From contig JAQYPT010000048.1 in NCBI GenBank assembly GCA_028726625.1, forward strand, positions 47,853 to 111,852: a stretch of DNA of 64,000 nucleotides, read 5' to 3'. Below the pieces are notes generated by a model. The model was not told where the DNA came from. It ran no database searches and worked only from the letters and a program-made list of their open reading frames with translations. This document shows, one piece after another, positions 30,727-39,283 of this stretch (positions within the stretch are counted from its first letter, which is position 1; each line of letters opens with the position of its first letter). The translations under genes and the position numbers were made by a program. This stretch comes from Prevotellaceae bacterium (GTDB lineage: Bacteria > Bacteroidota > Bacteroidia > Bacteroidales > Bacteroidaceae).

Positions 30727-30885
30727 TTTATAATTCATACTTCAGATGAGAGATGATTCTTTCGTCTGTAGAATGATGATATTCATACCCCTGTTTTATT
30801 CAAAAATAGTGCAAACTGAAGGCTATTCAATCATGATTGAATGGCTGAGGCGAAGCCTATTGAATGAAAAGGAGAAATCATACAA

Positions 30886-33006
30886 ATGAATAAAAAGGAA
30901 AAATCATGGCTTATCATCCTATTGTCGTGTATGTTGATGAGCAATAGTACGTTGGTGAATGCGCAGGATGTAGAGCACATACCTAGGCATCATTTAAAAG
31001 ACACCATCACGCTGGGCGAAGTGGTAGTGAAGAGTAAACGACCAATTGTTACGCCCAACAGTGTGAGTGCCACGCTCACCCACGATGACATTGCCCGGGC
31101 AGCGGGCAAGTCTCTGGCCTCGATGTTAGAGAACGTCAGTGGGGTGAGCATGCTTCAAACGGGTTCTAACGTTGCCAAACCCGTGATACACGGCATGTAT
31201 GGCAACCGTATCTTGGTGGTGAGTCGAGGTGCTAAGCTTACCGGACAGCAGTGGGGGATAGACCATGCGCCAGAAATAGACAAGAATGCCTACAACGATG
31301 TGGTGGTAGTGAAAGGTTCTGAGTCGGTGAGATATGGCGCTGAGGCATTGGGTGGCATCATTTTGATGAACGGCAATCCCTTGCCGTATGGCACTCCTCA
31401 GGTGCAAGCCGACGTGATGAGCTACTATGGAAGCAACGGACAGCAGATGGGAATGGTAGGACAGATGCAGGGAACGATGCCTTTTAATCGCCAAATAGCG
31501 TGGAGTTTGCAAAGCACTTTTGAACAGTCGGGCGACCGAAGTACGGCGGCTTATCTGCTCAACAACACGGGCATGCGGCAACGTAACACCGCTTTTTCGC
31601 TTGGATACCTGCACGACCAGTGGCGCGTAGAAACAGGGTACAGCTTGTTTTGGCAGAAAATGGGGGTGATGCCTAGTGCGCAAATGGGTAACGAGCAGCT
31701 GTTGCAAGAGCGCATCAGGATAGGGCAACCAGTAGAGTTTACGCCTTTTACCTATCAAATAGATTATCCTTTTCAGCGTGTGGCGCACCATACCGCCTTT
31801 GTCAATGTGTATTATCAGCCCAGTAGGCGCGTGAAATGCAGTTGGCAAACCACCTATCAAGCCGACGATAGACGTGAGAATCGCATCCGTCGTATGAATC
31901 ATTCGGACATCCCTTCGGTTAGTCTTTTCTTGCAATCGCTGCAATCACAATGGCATTGGAGCAAGCTGTCTGACCGTTGGAAAACAGAGTTGGGGGCGCA
32001 AGGAATGCTCATGAAGAACAGCAATGAGCGTGGTACGGGTGTGGTACCCGTAATACCCAACTATACCGAGACGACCTTTGGCGCTTATGCGTTGCGCAAA
32101 TATTTGGGCGATACATGGGGTGTAGAGGGCGGAACCAGGTTTGATTATCAGCTTACTCGTGCTGATGGTTACGATTGGACCGGGCATCGATATGGGGGAA
32201 GCAGGCACTTTGAGAACGTTACCTTTACGCTTGGGGCGCATCAACACGTTACCAAACAACTGACACTTGCCTCGAACGTGGGCATGGCGTGGCGCGCACC
32301 TCACGTTTACGAACTGTTTAGTAATGGCAACGAGCTAAGCTCCGGCATGTTTGTGCGTGGCGACTCCACGCTCTGTTCAGAGCAGAGTTACAAGTGGGTG
32401 ACGTCGCTCAGCTATGCCAACACATGGGTGCAAGCTCGGGTGGATGGATATGTGCAATGGATCAATCATTACATTTACGATTATCCTACGCATGAGAACA
32501 TCGTCGTGGTGTCTGGGGCATATCCCGTGTTTCAGTATGTTCAGACCAATGCCTTGTTTCGCGGAGTGGACGTAGATACGCATTTTTACCCCTTGCGCAC
32601 GATAGATTATCGCGTGTTTGCATCGTGGATATGGGCGAACGAGCAACGGACCAAGGCGTATTTGCCGTACATTCCGGCGTTTAAGCTCACGCAACAACTG
32701 TCGTGGAAGCCTACCGTCAGTGGGGCTTGGCATCCTTCTGTGGGCATTGAACATCGCTATGTGGCCAAACAACGCAGGTTTAATGCGGCTACTGACCTGG
32801 TGGATGATACGCCTGCGGCATACCATTTGGTGGGTTTTAACTGTGGCGTCACCTGGAATATGCCTCACCATCAACATCTATCTTTGTCTTTAGAAGGAAC
32901 CAATGTGTTGAATCAATTATATAAGGAGTACACCAATCGGAGTCGTTATTACGCACATGATCTTGGGAGGGACATTCGTTGTATCCTTCGTTGGAAGTTT
33001 AATTGA
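30886..33006 (+). CDS. TonB-dependent outer membrane receptor (non-SusC type)
   Basis: TonB-box-like 'TITLGEVVVKS', plug 'LENVSGV..KPVIHGMYGNR', 'QQWGIDHAPEID', 'NVLNQLYKEYTNRSRYYA', terminal Phe region (WKFN). Confidence 0.9.
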   Translation: MNKKEKSWLIILLSCMLMSNSTLVNAQDVEHIPRHHLKDTITLGEVVVKSKRPIVTPNSVSATLTHDDIARAAGKSLASMLENVSGVSMLQTGSNVAKPVIHGMYGNRILVVSRGAKLTGQQWGIDHAPEIDKNAYNDVVVVKGSESVRYGAEALGGIILMNGNPLPYGTPQVQADVMSYYGSNGQQMGMVGQMQGTMPFNRQIAWSLQSTFEQSGDRSTAAYLLNNTGMRQRNTAFSLGYLHDQWRVETGYSLFWQKMGVMPSAQMGNEQLLQERIRIGQPVEFTPFTYQIDYPFQRVAHHTAFVNVYYQPSRRVKCSWQTTYQADDRRENRIRRMNHSDIPSVSLFLQSLQSQWHWSKLSDRWKTELGAQGMLMKNSNERGTGVVPVIPNYTETTFGAYALRKYLGDTWGVEGGTRFDYQLTRADGYDWTGHRYGGSRHFENVTFTLGAHQHVTKQLTLASNVGMAWRAPHVYELFSNGNELSSGMFVRGDSTLCSEQSYKWVTSLSYANTWVQARVDGYVQWINHYIYDYPTHENIVVVSGAYPVFQYVQTNALFRGVDVDTHFYPLRTIDYRVFASWIWANEQRTKAYLPYIPAFKLTQQLSWKPTVSGAWHPSVGIEHRYVAKQRRFNAATDLVDDTPAAYHLVGFNCGVTWNMPHHQHLSLSLEGTNVLNQLYKEYTNRSRYYAHDLGRDIRCILRWKFN

Positions 33007-33011
33007 GATAG

Positions 33012-33057
33012 TTGACGAGTAGACAAGTTAACAAGTTGACAAGTTAATAGTTAATGG
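33012..33057 (+). repeat. Octamer tandem array TTGACRAG (half element)
   Basis: TTGACGAG TAGACAAG TTAACAAG TTGACAAG TTAATAG TTAATGG, starting 5 nt after the TBDR stop. Confidence 0.85.
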
Positions 33058-33104
33058 GTTCATAAATATTAATAACCGCATTCATCATTTTATAAAAAAC
33101 AATC

Positions 33105-34772
33105 ATGAGTAAAATAAAAAAAACAATGAGAACAAAGACCATTTTTTCAACCGTTTTCGCATACCTCAGTATGTTGTTGGTATTCGTAGTGGTATCATGT
33201 AAGCCCGAAGAGGCAGTCGATGAAATAAAAAACAAGTTGCACGAAGACCCGGTGAAGGCCGTGTTTACCTTGCAAGAGGGGTCCATCAAGGGTAACAAAT
33301 CGTTTAACCAGCAGTTGATATTGGCTGATTTTACCCCATCGACAACGCCGGCACAACAAATCGTTTGGGAAATAACACCCAAAGAAGGGTGGCATGTTAG
33401 CAGTGCACTCAAGCACTTTCAAGTGAAGAGTGTGAAGGAGGATCCGGCGGTGGTGTATCACCTGTCCATTGAATATTATAATAGCAAGGGGGAGAAAATC
33501 AATCACCAGTTCTTCGATTTGGGACAAGATAAGATACACCAGCACTTCTTTTCGCTGTACAAAACCGCTACGGTGCTGGGTAAAACGAGCAAAGCTCGCG
33601 TGAAAGATAAGAGCCAATTGCCCTACGATTATTGCTATGTGGACCAATACAATGGCGTAGACATGGGGGCTACCAACCCCGTTGGCTTTGACGGGTTGTT
33701 GCAGATTGTGCATCCAGGTGAGGCGTTCAACCTGTCAGTCGACTTGCTGCATGCGGCACAAAGCAAATATGATAAGGACAATCGATTATCACCTTTCTAT
33801 CTTCCTGCTGCGGTTCTCACCTCTACCGGTCAGTGGGATATAACGGTGTCGCTGCCCTTTGATGTAGACGGACAGGTGGCTCACGGGGACGTGAAACCCC
33901 TCGATGCGTCGCTGTTTCAACCCAAAACGGTGGAAATTGAGGTGTATGAGGGACATTTGCACGGCAAAAAAGCGTTCCATCAAAACGGATATTCAAAGAA
34001 TAATGAATATTTTGGGAAGTCTTATCGGTTGAAATATACCTTAGAAAACAATCGGTGGGTGGCTGATAAAACTAATCCTGCATGGGTGAACGTGTTGGGG
34101 AGTGCCAAAGAATATGCCATCTATGCCTTCGCATTGCGTTATTTCAATGATGAGCATGAGGATATAACGGGGCAGATAGTTGACAAGGGTGAAGGCCAAC
34201 ACTATCAGCATTTCTTTAGTGTGAGCAACATCAAACCTTCGTATGGTGGGGTAGAGGAAGCGACGGATGCCAACAACTCCGACTTTTTCAGTTACACCTA
34301 TTGCGACACTGATCCATGGAATAAGACCAATCATGTCGACCATGCTGTTTTTAACGATGACAATCATCCCATTGGACTCAAAGGTTATTTTGCCTTTAAG
34401 CGTGCGCATAAGCAGTTTACGTTGAGCGTTAGGTTAATGCGTGCGAGGCAGACAAAGTTGGTGGGGGGGAAGCCTTCTGTCTTTTATCAGCCAACCAAGC
34501 AACAGCAAGCCGAAGAGGCATGGATGCCAAGCATAGACATTCCGGTGAGAGTGTATATGGACGTGGACGAAAAAAGCCTGGACATGATTGATGATGACAG
34601 TATTCAGAACTTTGAAACAATGAAGATGAGCGACCTTTCTACTCGTGACCAAGGCATCGTAACTACATTGATGAAAGCCTTTGGCTTAAAAGATTTTAAG
34701 GTGGCTTTGGCAGAGTTTTATTGGCTGATAAACGGGACTCCTGCTCACGACGGTAAGGGTTTTTGGTTTTAA
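33105..34772 (+). CDS. Surface lipoprotein with two tandem His-motif domains (putative metal capture)
   Basis: Lipobox VVS-C followed by KPEEAVDE (acidic export-signal-like). Repeated motifs HQHFF/YQHFF, NPVGF/HPIGL, LSVDLLH/LSVRLMR, plus LHEDP and GHLHG. Confidence 0.75.
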   Translation: MSKIKKTMRTKTIFSTVFAYLSMLLVFVVVSCKPEEAVDEIKNKLHEDPVKAVFTLQEGSIKGNKSFNQQLILADFTPSTTPAQQIVWEITPKEGWHVSSALKHFQVKSVKEDPAVVYHLSIEYYNSKGEKINHQFFDLGQDKIHQHFFSLYKTATVLGKTSKARVKDKSQLPYDYCYVDQYNGVDMGATNPVGFDGLLQIVHPGEAFNLSVDLLHAAQSKYDKDNRLSPFYLPAAVLTSTGQWDITVSLPFDVDGQVAHGDVKPLDASLFQPKTVEIEVYEGHLHGKKAFHQNGYSKNNEYFGKSYRLKYTLENNRWVADKTNPAWVNVLGSAKEYAIYAFALRYFNDEHEDITGQIVDKGEGQHYQHFFSVSNIKPSYGGVEEATDANNSDFFSYTYCDTDPWNKTNHVDHAVFNDDNHPIGLKGYFAFKRAHKQFTLSVRLMRARQTKLVGGKPSVFYQPTKQQQAEEAWMPSIDIPVRVYMDVDEKSLDMIDDDSIQNFETMKMSDLSTRDQGIVTTLMKAFGLKDFKVALAEFYWLINGTPAHDGKGFWF

Positions 34773-34880
34773 GGCAGCCCTGCAAACTGCTTGATACAAC
34801 ACAGCTTGGCAGGCCTTGCTGCGCCCCTTGCCGAACAACGAACCGCGCGGGTGCGAGATGAGCCTGCCAAGCTGTCTTCT

Positions 34881-34922
34881 AACCTCACCCATGCGTCACC
34901 CAACGCATGGGTGAGGTTTTTC
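34881..34922 (+). terminator. Strong intrinsic terminator of TBDR operon
   Basis: 16-bp perfect inverted repeat AACCTCACCCATGCGT / ACGCATGGGTGAGGTT followed by a T-run. Confidence 0.8.
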
Positions 34923-34930
34923 CCATCTCC

Positions 34931-35005
34931 ATGCTTTTGCCGTTCAATCTCTATGCTTTTGGTGCCCAAACTCAATGCTTTTGAAGGCCAAACTCAATGC
35001 TTTTG
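34931..35005 (+). repeat. 22-bp-period tandem array of ATGCTTTTG
   Basis: ATGCTTTTG at 34931, 34953, 34975 and 34997; the last two units share CCAAACTCAATGCTTTTGA. Confidence 0.8.
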
Positions 35006-35111
35006 AAAGGTGTGTTCTGGATGTTTTGTAACCAATTGCTATTCAGTTGGTTGTGATGTCGCAGTGAGTGAAGTTATCAGGCGTGGCCAACGTCTTCAAG
35101 ACATCATTCGC

Positions 35112-35318
35112 TTATTTGTTGCTATCGTGTGGAGTAGGGGGCTCGTTTGATTGCTGTCGCCATTCAATGGCTTTCAGGCGGTTGTACTCTTCCATGGAAA
35201 GTATCACCACACTTTTGTCTTCAGGGCGTTGTACCAACAGCGTTTCGTTGCCGTTGACCACTTCATCCATGTAGCTGATGGGGTCGGTCGCGTATCTTAC
35301 GATATCTATTATTTTCAT
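35112..35318 (-). CDS. Phd/YefM-family antitoxin (orphan)
   Basis: 'ISYMDEVVNGNETLLVQRPEDKSVVILSMEEYNRL' matches the YefM N-terminal fold. The start is reassigned to MKIID. Confidence 0.7.
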   Translation of the reverse strand: MKIIDIVRYATDPISYMDEVVNGNETLLVQRPEDKSVVILSMEEYNRLKAIEWRQQSNEPPTPHDSNK

Positions 35319-35378
35319 GTAAGTTGTTGTATGGATTTGAACGTTCGCCGTGCTTTGTCCCGCTAACGGCATGGGTTG

Positions 35379-38141
35379 TTAGTGCGCTTCCAGCCAGTTT
35401 TTACCCCAACCGCCATCGGCTATCAGTGGAACCCGCAGCGGATAAGCGTTTTGCATCTCTTCCATCACGATGCGTTCAACCAGCTCTTTCTCCTCAGGCA
35501 GCACGCTGAAATTGAGTTCGTCGTGTACCTGTAGAATCATTTTTGATTGGATGTTCTCTCGTTTGAATCGTTCGTAAATGCGTATCATCGCCACTTTGAT
35601 GATGTCGGCAGCCGACCCTTGGATGGGTGCGTTGATGGCATTGCGCTCCGCAAAACCACGAACGGTGGCGTTGCGGCTGTTGATATCGGGGAGATAGCGG
35701 CGACGATGGAAGAATGTTTCTACATATCCTTGCTCGCGAGCTGTTGCTTTGGCCTGTTCCATGTAGTCGTATACCTGCGGGAAGGTGGTAAAATAGCCGT
35801 CGATAAGCTGCTTGGCTTCGCTCCGATCGATACCCAATCGCTCTGCCAGGCCAAACACCGTGATGCCATAGATGATGCCGAAATTGGCGCGTTTGGCCTT
35901 GGTTCGTTCGTCACGCGTCACGTCTTTCATGTCCTTGCCGTAGATTTTGGCAGCGGTAGCGGCATGAATGTCATAGCCGTTTTGAAAGGCCTCGATCATG
36001 TGTTTGTCGCCACTAAGATGTGCCATGACACGCAATTCTATCTGACTGTAATCGGCAGAGAAGAACAAACAACCATCTTCAGGGATGAAACACTTGCGTA
36101 TTTCCTTCCCATCCTCACCCCTTACGGGGATGTTTTGCAGGTTAGGATCGCTCGAGGAGAGCCGTCCCGTGGCCGTAACCGTTTGGTTGAACGAGGTGTG
36201 AATGTGTCCTGTTCGGGGGTTGATGAGCTTGGGTAGCGCGTCAACATACGTTCCCAACAGTTTTTTGAGCCCACGATAATCCAAGATGAGGGTTACGATT
36301 TCGTTACCAGTGGCATATTTTTGTAGTTCCTCTTCACTGGTAACAAACTGCCCAGTCTTAGTCTTTTTGGGCTTTTCGGCTATTTGTAATTTGCCGAAAA
36401 GAATGTCGCCCACCTGCTTGGGAGATGACACATTGAATGACTCGCCAGCCAGTTTGTGAATCTGATGCTCCAAATCCAGCATCCGTTTGGTGAAGTTTTC
36501 TGACGTTTCCTTCAACGCTTCGGTATCTATGCGCACGCCGTTCATCTCCATTTCGGCCAGTACGTTTACCAAAGGCATTTCCATTTGGTAGAACAGATTA
36601 GCGACTCCAGCTTCCTTGAGCTTAGGTTCGAGCGCGTTTTTCAGTTGTAATGTGATGTCAGCATCTTCACAAGCGTACTCATAGATGTCGGTAGGAGAGA
36701 GGTCGCGCATGTTCTTTTGGTTCTTTCCTCGCTCGCCAATCAGTTCTTCAATATGAATGGTTTGATAGTTGAGGTACACCTCCGCCATGTAATCCATGTT
36801 GTGGCGAAGTTCGGGTTGCAGTACATAATGGGCAATCATGGTGTCGAACATCGGTCCTTTTAGTTCGATACCGTAATTGTGAAGCACCTCCATGTCGTAC
36901 TTGATGTTTTGCCCTACTTTCACAATCTCTTCGTTTTCATAGAGAGGTTTGAATATTTTAACAAGATTTACAGCATCTTCACGATTGGCCGGAACAGGCA
37001 CATAAAATGCCTTTATCGGCTCAACAGCAAAGCTCAAACCAACCAATTCTGCCTCCATGGGGTTGGTTGAAGTGGTCTCAGTGTCTAGACTGAGAATTTT
37101 ATTTGTTAAGAAAAAGTCACAAATTCGATGTGCTTCTTCTTGAGTATCAATGAGTTTGTATTCGTAATGACCCGTTTTAAGGCTCTCAAAACTCGCGTTT
37201 TTTGGCTCAACCTGCCCAACACCCGAGGATTCTGCAAAGAGATTGAGTTGTTTGTTTGTTATTTTTGGGCTATTTTGTGATTTATTAAGGATTCTATTGG
37301 CGAATGATTTGAATTCTAATTCGGTGAAGATTTCGGCCAATTTATTTTCGTCTGGCTGTTTCAACTTCAAATCTTCCAGGTTCAACTCAATGGGAACATC
37401 GGTGCGAATGGTTGCTAAGAATTGTGACATCTTAATATCATCGGTGGCATTTTCTACTTTCTCGCGCAACTTACCTTTAATCTCTGAGGTTCGTTTCAGC
37501 AGCTCCTCAATGGATCCAAACTGGTTAATAAGTTTTGAAGCGGTCTTTTCTCCCACGCCTGGACACCCTGGAAAGTTGTCGGAAGTGTCGCCCATGAGCG
37601 CCAAAAGGTCGATGACTTGTAGTGGGGTAGTGATGTTGTATTTGTCGCATATCTCTTTTTCACCCAGCGTTTCGTAGCCCCCTCCGTGTCGTGGTCGGTA
37701 CATGAAAACGTTCTCTCTCACCAATTGTCCATAGTCTTTGTCAGGGGTCAGCATATAAGTATCAATGCCTTTTTTTCCCGATTTCATCGCTAATGTGCCG
37801 ATAACATCGTCGGCTTCGAAGCCATCTACTTGCAAACTTGGAATGTGATAGGCCTCCAATATTTGTTTGATGATAGGCACCGCTTTCTTAATGTCTTCGG
37901 GTGTGGCTTCACGTTGCGCCTTGTAAGCGGGGAAAGCCTCGTTCCTAAAGGTCAGTCCATGGTCGAATGCCACGCCAATATACGTGGGATTCTCTTTTGT
38001 CAGCACCTCGTTGAGGGTGTTGCAAAAGCCCATGATGGCCGATGTGTTGAGGCCTTTGGAGTTGATGCGCGGGTTATTGATGAATGCGTAATACGACCTA
38101 TAAATGAGTGCATAGGCGTCCAAGAGAAACAGTTTGTCCAT
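35379..38141 (-). CDS. polA: DNA polymerase I
   Basis: LLDAYALIYRSYYAF, GFEADDVIG, TGRLSSSDPNLQNIP, ADYSQIELRVMAH, AKRANFGIIYG, LQVHDEL. Confidence 0.97.
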   Translation of the reverse strand: MDKLFLLDAYALIYRSYYAFINNPRINSKGLNTSAIMGFCNTLNEVLTKENPTYIGVAFDHGLTFRNEAFPAYKAQREATPEDIKKAVPIIKQILEAYHIPSLQVDGFEADDVIGTLAMKSGKKGIDTYMLTPDKDYGQLVRENVFMYRPRHGGGYETLGEKEICDKYNITTPLQVIDLLALMGDTSDNFPGCPGVGEKTASKLINQFGSIEELLKRTSEIKGKLREKVENATDDIKMSQFLATIRTDVPIELNLEDLKLKQPDENKLAEIFTELEFKSFANRILNKSQNSPKITNKQLNLFAESSGVGQVEPKNASFESLKTGHYEYKLIDTQEEAHRICDFFLTNKILSLDTETTSTNPMEAELVGLSFAVEPIKAFYVPVPANREDAVNLVKIFKPLYENEEIVKVGQNIKYDMEVLHNYGIELKGPMFDTMIAHYVLQPELRHNMDYMAEVYLNYQTIHIEELIGERGKNQKNMRDLSPTDIYEYACEDADITLQLKNALEPKLKEAGVANLFYQMEMPLVNVLAEMEMNGVRIDTEALKETSENFTKRMLDLEHQIHKLAGESFNVSSPKQVGDILFGKLQIAEKPKKTKTGQFVTSEEELQKYATGNEIVTLILDYRGLKKLLGTYVDALPKLINPRTGHIHTSFNQTVTATGRLSSSDPNLQNIPVRGEDGKEIRKCFIPEDGCLFFSADYSQIELRVMAHLSGDKHMIEAFQNGYDIHAATAAKIYGKDMKDVTRDERTKAKRANFGIIYGITVFGLAERLGIDRSEAKQLIDGYFTTFPQVYDYMEQAKATAREQGYVETFFHRRRYLPDINSRNATVRGFAERNAINAPIQGSAADIIKVAMIRIYERFKRENIQSKMILQVHDELNFSVLPEEKELVERIVMEEMQNAYPLRVPLIADGGWGKNWLEAH

Positions 38142-38227
38142 ATTTTAGTATATTATTCCTGTAAAATTACGAAAAAAATGGAACAAATAGGGATTTATTC
38201 TGTATTTTTGTGACAAAAATAGCAAGC

Positions 38228-39205
38228 ATGGACTATTTATCTTTGATACAACAACCTATTGTCGATGAATTGAATGATTTTGATTACCTGTATGATGAAT
38301 CATTGTCACACGGTGATGGACTGCTCTCGCAAGCACTTTCTCACATTCGTCAACGAAAGGGAAAGCGTATGCGGCCCATGCTTATTTTGTTAATAGCGAA
38401 GAATTTTTGTGGCGTTACCTCTATCGCCCAACATGCTGCGGTGGGCTTAGAACTGTTGCATACCGCCAGTCTTGTGCACGATGATGTGGTGGATGAGAGT
38501 GGCGAACGCCGTGGACAGGCATCGGTGAATGCTACCTATGACAACAAAGTGGCGGTGCTGGTGGGCGATTATATCCTGTCAACGGCTTTGTTGCAAGTTT
38601 CTTTTACCCATTCGGAAGCCATTATTCAAAACCTTGCTAACCTTGGTAGAACCTTGTCGAATGGTGAGATTTTGCAGCTTAGCAATATCCAGAATCAGGA
38701 CATTTCGGAAGAAGTATATTACCAAGTCATTAAGCAAAAGACGGCTGCCTTGTTCGAATCGTGTGCCGTGATTGGCGCACAAGCGGGTAAAGCCACACCC
38801 GAAGAGGTGGAGGCAGCTCGTGAATTTGGGCAGACCCTGGGTATTATTTTCCAGATTAGGGATGATATTTTCGATTATTTTGAATCGAAAGAGATTGGCA
38901 AGCCCACCGGCAATGATATGGCAGAGGGCAAACTTACCCTCCCTGTTATTTATGCTTTGAATTCTACGCGCAATGCCACCATGCTTCAATTGGCACATAA
39001 GGTAAAGGACAACACGGTGACACCCGATGAAATCGCACAATTGGTAGCTTTCACAAAGCAGCAGGGGGGCATTGAATATGCAGAGCAACGCATGGACGAA
39101 TTGCATCAACAAGCATTGGCTTTTATAGACAAGCATGTGATGGATGTAGATATTAAGACGGCTTTGCAAGCCTATATCGACTATGTGGTGAAGCGTACTA
39201 AATAA
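38228..39205 (+). CDS. ispB: Polyprenyl diphosphate synthase (octaprenyl-PP synthase-like)
   Basis: GKRMRP, HDDVVDES..RRG, FQIRDDIFD, GKPTGNDMAEGK. Confidence 0.85.
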   Translation: MDYLSLIQQPIVDELNDFDYLYDESLSHGDGLLSQALSHIRQRKGKRMRPMLILLIAKNFCGVTSIAQHAAVGLELLHTASLVHDDVVDESGERRGQASVNATYDNKVAVLVGDYILSTALLQVSFTHSEAIIQNLANLGRTLSNGEILQLSNIQNQDISEEVYYQVIKQKTAALFESCAVIGAQAGKATPEEVEAAREFGQTLGIIFQIRDDIFDYFESKEIGKPTGNDMAEGKLTLPVIYALNSTRNATMLQLAHKVKDNTVTPDEIAQLVAFTKQQGGIEYAEQRMDELHQQALAFIDKHVMDVDIKTALQAYIDYVVKRTK

Positions 39206-39283
39206 GGAGTACGCACACCTTTTACTGCCTTGTTTTTGTTTTGAGCGTGATAGATAACCTGTAAACATCATATTTTTTAAGTC

